Source: Burkholderiales bacterium (GTDB lineage: Bacteria; Pseudomonadota; Gammaproteobacteria; Burkholderiales; SG8-41). From it: a stretch of 64,000 nt of DNA. Numbering within the stretch: the first letter of the stretch is position 1; every line of letters begins with the position of its first letter. The stretch lies in the NCBI GenBank assembly GCA_964203275.1, contig CAXNMF010000012.1, positions 46,850-110,849 of the forward strand. Reading direction: 5' to 3'. Below, in pieces: positions 28,952-38,445 of the stretch. The position numbers and the translations under genes were made by a program. Below the pieces are notes generated by a model. It saw nothing but the letters and a program-made list of their open reading frames with translations, searched no databases and was not told the origin of the DNA.

Positions 28952-29935
28952 ATGAAACACCATTTCGCACGACTGCTGCGGGCATCGCTGCTATTGTCCG
29001 GCGCGTTATTGTCCGGCGCGCCGCATGCACAAGGCGCGGACGCCTATCCCAATCGCCCGCTGCGCATGATCATTCCCAGCGGCGCCGGCGGAATCACCGA
29101 CATCATCGGCCGCACCATTGCGCCCAAACTCTCGGACAGCCTTGGTCAGCAGGTCGTCATCGACAACCGGCCCGGGGCCAGCGGCGTGCTCGGTTCAAGC
29201 ATCGTTGCAAAATCCGCCCCCGATGGTTACACGCTGCTGATGGTATTCCCGTCGCATCCGGTCAATCCGGCGCTGTATCCGGACATTCCATTCGATACCG
29301 AAAAAGCCTTCGCGCCGATAACACTGGTCAGCGCGGTGTCGCCGGTGCTGATCGTCGGCAGCGGATCACCTGCACGCTCCGTCAAGGAACTGCTGGATCT
29401 CGCAAAAGCGCGCCCCGGCAAGCTGAACCACGGCTCAGTTGGTGCCGGCAGCATGGGCTCGCTCGGGGCGGAATTATTGAGGACCATGGCCGGCATCCAG
29501 TTCACCCAGGTCGCCTACAAGGGCTCACCGCAGGCGCTGACGGCTGTGATCTCGGGTGAAATCGATTTCTACCTGATCGGCTCAGCCGGTGTAGTCGGCC
29601 CGCAGGTCAAAGCCGGACGCATCCGCGCGCTGGGCGTCGGCTCGAAGCAACGCCTCGCGGTCATGCCCGATGTGCCGCCCATCGGCGACACCCTGCCCGG
29701 TTATGAAGCCCGCGGCTGGAACGGCATACTCGCACCAGCCGGTACGCCCAAAAGCATCATCGACAAGTTGAACCGCGAAATCGTCAAGATCGCGCGTTCG
29801 CCCGAATTTGCGCAGGTGCTCACCGGTGAAGGTGCGACAGCCGTCGGCAACACACCGGTCGAGTTCGACGCCATCATCCGCGCCGACATCCGCAAGTGGG
29901 CCAGGATCATCAAGGACAACGGCATTCGCCAGTAA
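28952..29935 (+). CDS. Bug/TctC-family substrate-binding protein
   Basis: Start at ATG 28952 (MKHHFARLLRASLLLSGALLSGAPHAQG). YPNRPLRMIIPSGAGGITD plus Bug blocks. Confidence 0.9.
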   Translation: MKHHFARLLRASLLLSGALLSGAPHAQGADAYPNRPLRMIIPSGAGGITDIIGRTIAPKLSDSLGQQVVIDNRPGASGVLGSSIVAKSAPDGYTLLMVFPSHPVNPALYPDIPFDTEKAFAPITLVSAVSPVLIVGSGSPARSVKELLDLAKARPGKLNHGSVGAGSMGSLGAELLRTMAGIQFTQVAYKGSPQALTAVISGEIDFYLIGSAGVVGPQVKAGRIRALGVGSKQRLAVMPDVPPIGDTLPGYEARGWNGILAPAGTPKSIIDKLNREIVKIARSPEFAQVLTGEGATAVGNTPVEFDAIIRADIRKWARIIKDNGIRQ

Positions 29936-29975
29936 GCGATGCCATCGAACAAATATTCAGGAATCAGGAGACGCC

Positions 29976-30767
29976 ATGCCCTACCTCGACCTGCCCGACT
30001 GCAAGCTGCACTACATTGTTGACGACCACACCGACGGCTGGACGCAGCCGGAAACCGTGCTGTTTGTGCACGGCTTCACCGAATGCACCGAAGCCTGGCG
30101 CGCCTGGGTGCCGCACTTCTCCCGGCAGTACCGCATGCTGCGTATCGACCAGCGCGGTTTCGGACTATCGACGCCTGTGCCCAATGATTACCCGCTGAGC
30201 AACGACCGTTACATCGACGACCTGAGCCAGATCATCCAGCAGACCTGCAACGGCGGTCCGGTGCATATCGTCGGCGGCAAAAGCGGCGGCATCAGCGTGC
30301 TTGCGCTGGCTGCGGCACGCCCGGAACTGGTTAAGACGGTGACGGTGTCCTGTTCACCGGTAACGCCACCGAATGCAGCCGGCTGGGTCGATGAAATGGA
30401 ACGCACCAGCGTACGCGCCTGGGCAAAACGCACCCAGCGTGAACGCATGGGCAGCAAAATGCCGGACGCCGGTATCGACTGGTGGTCGGACATGATGGGC
30501 CGCACGCCGTTGTCGACCATACACGCCTATATGCGCTGGGTCAGCGCCATCGATATCCGGGAAGACCTGAAACGAATCAAGGCACCGACACTGGTGATCG
30601 GCACAGACACCGCGCGGCGCGGCAAGGAAATCTTCGAGGGCTGGCAAAAAACCATTCCCGGTTCGGAACTGGCGATTCTGCCGATCGACGGTTATCACGC
30701 CGCTGGCACCGATCCCGACCTGACCGCAAAAACCACGCTGGAGTTCATCAAGCGGCGCAGCCGCTGA
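29976..30767 (+). CDS. alpha/beta-fold hydrolase
   Basis: Start at ATG 29976 (MPYLDLPDCKLHYIVDD) with GGAG upstream. Oxyanion HGF, elbow GGKSGG. Confidence 0.85.
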   Translation: MPYLDLPDCKLHYIVDDHTDGWTQPETVLFVHGFTECTEAWRAWVPHFSRQYRMLRIDQRGFGLSTPVPNDYPLSNDRYIDDLSQIIQQTCNGGPVHIVGGKSGGISVLALAAARPELVKTVTVSCSPVTPPNAAGWVDEMERTSVRAWAKRTQRERMGSKMPDAGIDWWSDMMGRTPLSTIHAYMRWVSAIDIREDLKRIKAPTLVIGTDTARRGKEIFEGWQKTIPGSELAILPIDGYHAAGTDPDLTAKTTLEFIKRRSR

Positions 30768-30798
30768 ACCGAAACGCCTGACGGAGAATCGCCGCGTC

Positions 30799-31125
30799 TC
30801 AGCGCGGCGGCATCGCAAGGTAAAAAACCAGTCCACAGTAGGCCGAAGACATACCGGTGATGGCGGCAAGAAATGCCCAGTCCAACCAATAACGCAGGTC
30901 ACCAATGCCGCCACCGATGACCGCAAAAGCGAGCATCGGCCCAAGCACCAGTCCGCCGATGAAACCGCCCAAAGCCGCCAGACGCCGCCGCGGATGACAC
31001 CATCCGCGATGGCGCAGCGCGTTTATCAGCAACAACAGCGGCAGGCCTGCGGCAGCGAGTGCTATTGACCAGACACCGATGACCATCATCACGCCGACCG
31101 GCAGATTGTCGAGTATTCCTTCCAT
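30799..31125 (-). CDS. small integral membrane protein, unknown function
   Basis: 108 aa with about three hydrophobic spans, starting 12 nt downstream of sqr on the same strand. No family recognised. Confidence 0.55.
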   Translation of the reverse strand: MEGILDNLPVGVMMVIGVWSIALAAAGLPLLLLINALRHRGWCHPRRRLAALGGFIGGLVLGPMLAFAVIGGGIGDLRYWLDWAFLAAITGMSSAYCGLVFYLAMPPR

Positions 31126-31136
31126 GATCGCTTCCT

Positions 31137-32450
31137 TCAGGTCCAGCCCTTGAGCATCGCGAGGTAAGCCGGCTTCAGCATGCGCTCCTCGAGGAACCAG
31201 GCAAACCAGCTTTCGGTGAGCGGCTCCACGCCGGGCAACGTTGGCGTCAAACGACCTTCGTAATCAAATTCGATGAGCATTGCGCGCCCGATCGAAGTGA
31301 CCATCGGGCAGGAGGTATAGCCGTCGAACTTGAGCACCGGCTCCCGCCCTGCAATCACGGATACCAGATTGGCCGCAGCAACGATGCCGCTTTTCTTGAC
31401 GGTCGCCGCGGTTTTTCCGCGCGGCGTACCGTTGATGTCGCCACAACCAAAAATTTCTGGAAACCGCGTATGACGCAGCGTGCCCTTGTCGACCTCCATC
31501 CAGCCACCGTCAGCCATCGGACCGCTCTTGATCGACAGGGGACTGTTGCGCACCACCGCAGGCGCGCGCATCGGAGGCACGACATGCAGGAAATCGTAAG
31601 TCTGTTGGATATCACCGTCATTAGTGGCGAATGTAGCAATGCGTTTTCCCTGATCAACCGCCTTCAGCCGACGGCCATAGGCAACGCCGATGTCACGCTG
31701 CTTCCACAGTTCGAGAACGCGGGTGTTGACTGCAGGCACGCCGAATACAGTGGACAAAGGCGACAGAAAATTCACCTTCGCGCGGCTGCGGCCACCGTGA
31801 CGTCGCAGAAGATCGTCGGTGATGAAGGTCAGCTTCAGCGGCGCGCCCGCACATTTAAGCGGCGTGTGCGGCAATGTCATCACCGCATCACCACCTTTTT
31901 CGGCGAGCGCCATGATCATGCGGTAGGTGCCCAGTGCGGCCTGCGGACCGGCATAAACACAGCCGAGACCGTCTTGGCCGATCATCTTCGGGTCGAAACC
32001 GGCGATTTGATCAAAGGCGAGCTCCAGTCCCGTCGCCACCACCAGAAAATCGTAGGAAATGCGTTTACCGCCGGTGGTCACCACAGCCTTGGCTACCGGA
32101 TCGATCTCTGCAGCATATTCCTGCAGCCATTCGATGCCTCGCGGCATCCAGTCCGCTTCGGATTCGATGACCTGTGCCGGATCCCAGGTTCCCGCGGCAA
32201 CCAGCGTCAGACCCGGTTGATAGATATGCTGCTGCGCGCCGTCGATCAGCGTGATCCGTGCGCCTTCCAGTTGTGCGGACAGGCGCGCCGCCATGCTGAT
32301 GCCTGCCGCGCCGCCGCCAACGATGACAATGTTGGCAGTAGTACGGATTGCCGCACGCGCTGGTGCCGGCAACACGGTTGCCACACTGCCGCAACCGAAG
32401 GCCCGTAAAAAACGGCGCCGGCTGATAACTGAATAATCTGGATTGTTCAT
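31137..32450 (-). CDS. sqr: type II sulfide:quinone oxidoreductase (SQR) with Tat-like leader
   Basis: 437 aa with leader SRRRFLRAFG...APARA and FAD motif IVIVGGGAAG. PLKCAGAPLK, FGCGDINGTPRGKTAATV and FDGYTSCPMVT are collinear with eukaryote-like type II SQR. Confidence 0.85.
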   Translation of the reverse strand: MNNPDYSVISRRRFLRAFGCGSVATVLPAPARAAIRTTANIVIVGGGAAGISMAARLSAQLEGARITLIDGAQQHIYQPGLTLVAAGTWDPAQVIESEADWMPRGIEWLQEYAAEIDPVAKAVVTTGGKRISYDFLVVATGLELAFDQIAGFDPKMIGQDGLGCVYAGPQAALGTYRMIMALAEKGGDAVMTLPHTPLKCAGAPLKLTFITDDLLRRHGGRSRAKVNFLSPLSTVFGVPAVNTRVLELWKQRDIGVAYGRRLKAVDQGKRIATFATNDGDIQQTYDFLHVVPPMRAPAVVRNSPLSIKSGPMADGGWMEVDKGTLRHTRFPEIFGCGDINGTPRGKTAATVKKSGIVAAANLVSVIAGREPVLKFDGYTSCPMVTSIGRAMLIEFDYEGRLTPTLPGVEPLTESWFAWFLEERMLKPAYLAMLKGWT

Positions 32451-32483
32451 TGAACAATCCTAATACATGAAGACGGCCTCGTT

Positions 32484-32497
32484 TTGATGCAAATCAA
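32484..32497. promoter_or_regulatory. FNR/Anr-type box TTGAT-GCAA-ATCAA upstream of sqr
   Basis: Perfect match to the TTGAT-N4-ATCAA consensus, centred ~40.5 nt upstream of the sqr ATG. A TAGGAT hexamer lies 12 to 7 nt upstream of the ATG. Confidence 0.5.
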
Positions 32498-32530
32498 ATT
32501 CCGGTCATACCTTCAAGTACAAAAAGGAAA

Positions 32531-33745
32531 TCAATCTCGGCGGGCAACACCCTCTTCCCAGGAATAAGACACCCGCTCATCAGGACCAAAGGGGATTTCT
32601 ACCGGGCTGCCGGGCGGATATTCCCGGCTGTGCTGCTCAAGCAGCCGCAGACGTTGCGCCTCACGGGCATGAACCAGAGACAGCGGATCGGAATAACCGA
32701 GTTCACGCGCCGCATGCAGCGGCCAGTTCGGGTTGTCCATCAGGCCGCGCGCGAGCGCGATCAAATCGGCATGGCCTTCACGCAGAATGGCCTCGGCATG
32801 TTTTGCACTGCTGATCATGCCGACCGCAACCGTCGGCATACCCGTTCCAAGTTTTACTTCGCGCGAATAGCCAGCCTGGAATCCAGGCACACGCGGCACC
32901 GCAGGCATCGCGCTGTCGCCGCCAACACCGCCGGAAGAACAATCGATGACATCAACGCCACGCTCCTTGAGCGCCCGTGACAGCGCCAGCGTCTCTTCGA
33001 TGCCCCAGACACCGCCAGGGCCCTCGACTGCAGAAGTACGGAACCACAGCGGACGATCTGCGGGCCACACTGCACGCACCGCTTCAGCCACTTCGAGTGC
33101 GTAGCGCATGCGGCCTTCGAGGTCGCCGCCGTAGGCATCCTTGCGCAAATTGGACAGCGGCGAAAGGAACTGATGAATCAGATAGCCGTGGGCGCCGTGG
33201 ATTTCACAGATGTCATAGCCGGCATCGACCGATCGTTGTGTGGCCTCGCGCCAGGCAACGATGGTTTCGCGGATATCCTTTAAATCCATCTCGCGGGGAA
33301 TCGCACCGTCCGGCGTCGGCGGCAGCGGACTGGGGGAAATACCCTGCCATGGACGCTCGGCGTCGCTCAGCAGCGCGCGGTCCTTCAGCGGACCGTGCTG
33401 CGACGCACGGCGGCCGCAATGTCCGAGCTGGATCGCCGGCACGGCGCCCAGCGACTTGATGAAATCGGTGATGCGACGGAACGCCGGCACATGGCTGTCC
33501 TTGTAAATGCCGGCGCAATGATGGGTCTTGCGGCCGCGTGCTTCGACTGCAGACTCCTCACCGAAGACGATGCCGCAGCCGCCCATGGCGAAACGACCGA
33601 AATTGACGAGTTGCCATTCTTCGGGACCACCGTCGTCAGATGCGTACTGGCACATCGGCGAAGACACGATGCGGTTGCGCGCAACAATCGAACGCAACTG
33701 GATGGGGGTGAACAGCAGCGGCACTTCGCGGGAATCGTTGTTCAT
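32531..33745 (-). CDS. NADH:flavin oxidoreductase, Old Yellow Enzyme family
   Basis: Start at ATG 33745 (MNNDSREVPLLFTPIQLRS). RIVSSPMCQY, AIQLGHCGR, EIHGAHGYLIHQFLSP. Confidence 0.85.
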   Translation of the reverse strand: MNNDSREVPLLFTPIQLRSIVARNRIVSSPMCQYASDDGGPEEWQLVNFGRFAMGGCGIVFGEESAVEARGRKTHHCAGIYKDSHVPAFRRITDFIKSLGAVPAIQLGHCGRRASQHGPLKDRALLSDAERPWQGISPSPLPPTPDGAIPREMDLKDIRETIVAWREATQRSVDAGYDICEIHGAHGYLIHQFLSPLSNLRKDAYGGDLEGRMRYALEVAEAVRAVWPADRPLWFRTSAVEGPGGVWGIEETLALSRALKERGVDVIDCSSGGVGGDSAMPAVPRVPGFQAGYSREVKLGTGMPTVAVGMISSAKHAEAILREGHADLIALARGLMDNPNWPLHAARELGYSDPLSLVHAREAQRLRLLEQHSREYPPGSPVEIPFGPDERVSYSWEEGVARRD

Positions 33746-33861
33746 TTTGTGGAATTGATTAGAGGCAATGATGCCGGAGTGTAATCGAACATACAGGGGC
33801 CGGAACGCCGGGGACCAATTGGTGAATCCTGAAGACCGGATGCAGATGCAGCTTGGAGGCG

Positions 33862-36800
33862 CTAGCCCATCGCGCCCCATAACTTGTCTAGGCGTTTGTA
33901 AGACACCGGATACGGCGTCTTCAGTTCCTGTGCATACAGTGACACGCGCAACTCCTCGATCTGCCAGCGGAATTCCAGCAGGCGCGGATCAACCAGTCCG
34001 GCTTTTTTCTGCTGGTCGAGACGCATTTCAAAACGCCCCCACAGCTGGGCGATGCTCGCCGCGTGTTTGCCGTCGCGCTCGGCATTGGCCGGATATTTGG
34101 CGAGGCGCATCTGCATCGCCTTGATGTAACGCGGCAGGTGGGTCAGCTGCGACCATGGCGTAGCGCTGAAAAAGCCCTTGTGGATCAGGCGCTGGCTTTG
34201 CGCGCGGATGTCATTGGCGGCTCTGGCGACATTGCCCTTGGCCGCACCCAGTGCCAGCGAGAGCTGGTGCACATCGGCGGCAATCGTCACAAACAGGCGG
34301 CAGGCTGCTTCAGACACCGCCGGAAGCCGCGTGCGCGCGCGTTTGACCTGGTCTTCAAACGCCTTTAATCCGCGCGGCAGTTCATCATCACCGATGAAGG
34401 CGCGGTCGCAGATCGCCGTGATCAGATCGGCGCGCAGGTCATCAGGACTGGCGATGGTGCGCAACTGCAGTGCCGCCTGATCGAAGCCCTTCAGATTTTT
34501 TCGAGCTGGCGCATCTGCTCCTTCAGCATCAGCCGCATCAGGCGCACGATGCCGGCGCGCATCGATTCCTGCGCGGCGCTTTCGACATCGAACAGGCGAA
34601 TGGCGACGCTGTCACCCTCGTCCGCGAGTGCGGGATAACCCGTCACCTGGCGGCCGCCACGGTTGAAGGTAATCGTCGGCGGCAGGTCGCCGAAATCCCA
34701 GACCTTGATGCCTTCGCGCTCGATGCCGGTATTGGTATCACTGAAAGTCAGCTGCGCAGCCTCACCCGAGTTGCGCTTTGAGCACCGCCAGATCGCGCCC
34801 CATGGCCAGTTCGCGTCCCGATTCATCCACCACCCGGTAGTTGCAGCGCAGGTGCGGCGGGAATTCGATGGCCGCCGCTTCATCACGCGCCAGCGGCGCG
34901 CCGGACGCGCGCGAGGCATAACGCACCACGGCGTCGGCGAAGCTGCCGTGGGCCGTGCCTTCGGTCTGCAGGAATTTGGTGATGTGCTCGGTCGGCGGCG
35001 TCAGATGGCGGCGCCAGTTTTTCGGCAGTGCCTTGAAGGCGAAGGCCACCTTGTCGCGAATCATCCCCGGCACCAGCCAGTCGAAAGCCGCGGCATCGAG
35101 CTTGTTGAGCAACGCCAGCGGCACGGTCGCGGTGATGCCGTCGAGCGGATGGCCGGGATCAAAACGGTATTTGAGTTTGACCTCGAACTCACCCGCTTTT
35201 TCCCCGACCAGGACGCTGTCGGGGAACTGCGCTTCGGTGATGTCTTCAGCAGCATGGCGCATCAGGTACTCGCGCGTCAGCAGCAGGTGGTCCGCGTTGT
35301 TCTGCTCGACCGTCTTGCGCCACTGCTCAAAGCCCGCGCCGTTGACGATGTCCTGCGCGATCCGTTCATCGTAGAACGCGAAGATCACCTCGTCGCTGAC
35401 CAGCACATCGCGTTTGCGCGCCTTGTGCTCCAGCTCCTGCACTTCTTTTATAAGCCTTTGATTTTGTTGTATAAATTTTGCGGGCGTGGCGTAGTCGCCG
35501 GCGACCAGCCCCTGGCGGATGAAAATCTCGCGGGCTTCCTTCGGATTGATCGGCCCGTAATGCACGCGGCGCTTGGGCACGATGGTGATGCCATACAGCG
35601 TGACGCGTTCATAGGCGGTGACCATCGCACGTTCACGCTCCCAGTGCGGATCAAAGTAATGACGGTCCACCAAATCACGCGCCAGCGGCTCGATCCATTC
35701 CGGTTCGATACGCGCAACGCAGCGTGCATAAAGCCGCGCGGTATCCACCAGTTCACCGGCCATCACCCATTTCGGCGCATTTGTATTTTTTTCTTTGCGC
35801 AGGCCCGAACCCGGGAAAATCGTGAACTTGATGCCGCGCGCGCCGAGATATTCGCCCTCTTCGTTCTTGAAACCGATATTGCCAAGCAGACCGGCGAGCA
35901 AGGCACGGTGGATCTGGTCCTCGGTGGCCGGCTTTTCATTGACCTGCAAACCGAGTTCAGCGGTCAGCGAAGCCAACTGGCCATGGATGTCGCGCCATTC
36001 ACGCATCCGCCGCTGCGACAGGAACAATTCCGCCAGCTGCTGCGCCAGCTTGCGGTTGGACTGCTTGTGTTTGATCGACTCGTCGAAAAAATCCCAGAGC
36101 TTCAGATAACTCATGAAGTCGGATTTGGCGTCGGCGAATTGCGCATGCGCACGGTCGGCGGCCTCTGACTTGTCGAAAGGCCGGTCGCGCGGGTCCTGCA
36201 CCGACAGCGCGGAGGCGATGATCAGCACTTCGCGCAGGCAGCCTTCCTGTTTTGCGGCGATGATCATGCGTGCAATGCGCGGATCAATCGGAAATTTGGC
36301 GAGCTGCCAGCCGACGGGGGTGAGCTGTTTCTGCGCATCGACCGCACCGAGCTCGGCCAGCAGTTGATAACCGTCGGTGATCATCCGCGGGGTCGGCGCC
36401 TCAAGAAAGGGAAAATCCTCGACATCGCCGATGCGCAGCGCCTTCATGCGCAGGATCACATGCGCCAGCGAAGAGCGCAGGATTTCCGGATCGGTGTACT
36501 GCGGCCGCGCGTTGTAATCGTCCTCGTCATAGAGACGGATCGCCACGCCGGCGGCGACGCGTCCGCAACGTCCGGCACGCTGGTTGGCCGAGGCGCGCGA
36601 CACCTTCTCGATCTGCAGCTGTTCGACCTTGTTGCGGTAGCTGTAGCGGTTGACCCGCGCCAGCCCGGTATCCACCACGTAATGAATGCCCGGCACCGTC
36701 AGCGAGGTTTCGGCGACGTTGGTGGCGAGAACGATGCGCCGTGCACCATGCGCACGGAACACTTCATCCTGCTCTTCAAAGGAAAGACGTGCATACAGGG

Positions 36801-37629
36801 GCAGAATTTCCGCGCCCTTCGGATGATTTTTGCGCAGGGCCTCGGCCGTCTCGCGGATTTCACGCTCGCCGGGCAGGAACACCAGCACGTCGCCGCCCGA
36901 CCGTTCGCGCCACAACTCGGAAACGGCATCGACAATCGCTTCGTCGAGATCCTTTTCTTCCTGCTTTTCGTTTTTCGCCAGCGGGTGATAACGCACTTCC
37001 ACCGGATAGGTGCGGCCCGACACTTCGATCACCGGCGCCGGTTTGCCGTTGATCGCGAAATGCTGCGCGAAGCGGTCCGCATCGATGGTGGCCGAGGTGA
37101 CGATGATTTTCAGGTCGGGACGGCGCGGCATCAGCCGGCGCAGGTAACCGAGCAGGAAGTCGATGTTCAGGCTGCGCTCATGCGCCTCGTCGATGATCAG
37201 CGTGTCGTAGGCGCGCAGGTCGCGGTCACCCTGGGTTTCGGCGAGCAGGATGCCGTCGGTCATCAGCTTGATATAGGTGTTCTGCGACAGCTTGTCGGCA
37301 AAACGCACCTTGTAACCGACGGCATGGCCCAGCGGGCTTTTCAGCTCATGAGCGATACGCGTCGCAACAGTACGCGCAGCAATGCGCCGTGGCTGGGTGT
37401 GGCCGATCAGGCCATGCACACCGCGCTGCAGTTCGAGACAGATCTTCGGCAGCTGTGTGGTCTTGCCCGATCCGGTTTCGCCGCAGACGATGACCACCTG
37501 GTTGTCGGCAATTGCGCGCGCGATGACCTCGCGTTTTCCGACCACCGGCAGGTCTTCCGGATAGGTCGGCTGCGGCAGGTTGCGCAGCCGGTGTTCGATG
37601 TCTTCGGGGGTACGGGGCTTCAAAGTCAA
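33862..37629 (-). pseudogene. hrpA: ATP-dependent RNA helicase HrpA, interrupted by two frameshifts (or assembly indels)
   Basis: DEAH helicase motifs GETGSGKTT and DEAHERS, plus HA2/OB and the HrpA C-terminal region. The reading frame breaks at a G-run (complement of CCC 34765-34767, one extra base) and at an A-run (complement of T6 34496-34501, one base short). Total length of 3768 nt is a multiple of 3. Confidence 0.85.
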
Positions 37630-37637
37630 AAGCCATT

Positions 37638-37704
37638 AGCCACAGAGGTCACAGAGAAAACCCGTGATTTGCCGTTCTCTGCGCTATCTGTGACCTCTGT
37701 GGCT
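37638..37704. repeat. REP/MITE-like imperfect palindromic element
   Basis: The 18-nt arms agccacagaggtcacaga (37638-37655) and tctgtgacctctgtggct (37687-37704) are perfect reverse complements. Inner agagaa/ttctct pairing extends the stem. Located in the hrpA upstream spacer. Confidence 0.5.
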
Positions 37705-37723
37705 GAAAAGTTTTTAGGGTTCA

Positions 37724-37752
37724 AACAAAAAAGGCCGGCGTTCACCGGCCTT
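37724..37752 (-). terminator. rho-independent terminator downstream of the PEBP gene
   Basis: Minus-strand reading is AAGGCCGG-tgaacg-CCGGCCTT followed by TTTTTTGTTTG, 20 nt after the stop at 37772. Confidence 0.65.
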
Positions 37753-37771
37753 TGCTGAACATTCAATCCAG

Positions 37772-38401
37772 TCAAAGCTTCACTTTCGGGTTCAGCGTGT
37801 AGAGGCCAGTGAGTTTGGCTTCACCCAGCACATGACCAACGATGGCCTTGCGCACATCGGCGCCGCCGAATTTCCCTTCAACAGGGCATTTAGCCACGTC
37901 CAGCGCATACAGCGTGAAGACGTAATGGTGCTTGATGCTGTCGTTCCACGGCGGGCAGGGACCGTCGTAACCGAAATAGTCGCCCTTCATGTCATTGTCG
38001 CCGGCAAACCACGCGGTGTAATCATTGATGCCCTGACGGGTGCCGCGCGGACCGTTCGGACCGGCTTTGCCGCGGGCAGTAACCGTATCGGAGAACTCCC
38101 CTGCCGCAATCGCACCGGAAGCGGGATCGAGATCGACCAGCACCCAGTGAAAAAAATCGACGCGGGGCAAAGTCGCCGGAATCTCGCGACCTTCCTGATT
38201 CACGTCATCGGGTTTGGACGGCACATCGTAGTCATGACAGATCAGCGCCAGTGATTTCGTGCCGGCGGGCAGATCACTCCATGCCAGTTGCGGATTGCGG
38301 TTGGCGCCCAGCGTGCAATGGGTCTTGGCATCGGGGGCGCAAAAGGCGAATTCGGCCGGAATGGGCTGGCCGTCGCTGAAGCTGGTGCTGGTGAGTTTCA
38401 T
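37772..38401 (-). CDS. YbhB/YbcL-family PEBP (Raf kinase inhibitor-like) protein
   Basis: 209 aa with LICHDYDVP, HWVLVDL, YDGPCPP and HHYVFTLYALD. Confidence 0.9.
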   Translation of the reverse strand: MKLTSTSFSDGQPIPAEFAFCAPDAKTHCTLGANRNPQLAWSDLPAGTKSLALICHDYDVPSKPDDVNQEGREIPATLPRVDFFHWVLVDLDPASGAIAAGEFSDTVTARGKAGPNGPRGTRQGINDYTAWFAGDNDMKGDYFGYDGPCPPWNDSIKHHYVFTLYALDVAKCPVEGKFGGADVRKAIVGHVLGEAKLTGLYTLNPKVKL

Positions 38402-38445
38402 GCTGGAATCTCCTTCGATGGCAGTCGCGGATTATAACAATGCGC

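Noticed and set aside
30790-30809. GC hairpin CGCCGCG-tctcag-CGCGGCG at the convergent junction of the hydrolase and small membrane protein genes, considered as a terminator.
   Set aside because: There is no U-tract on either side, and it overlaps the stop codon of the membrane protein gene. Support for intrinsic terminator function is insufficient.
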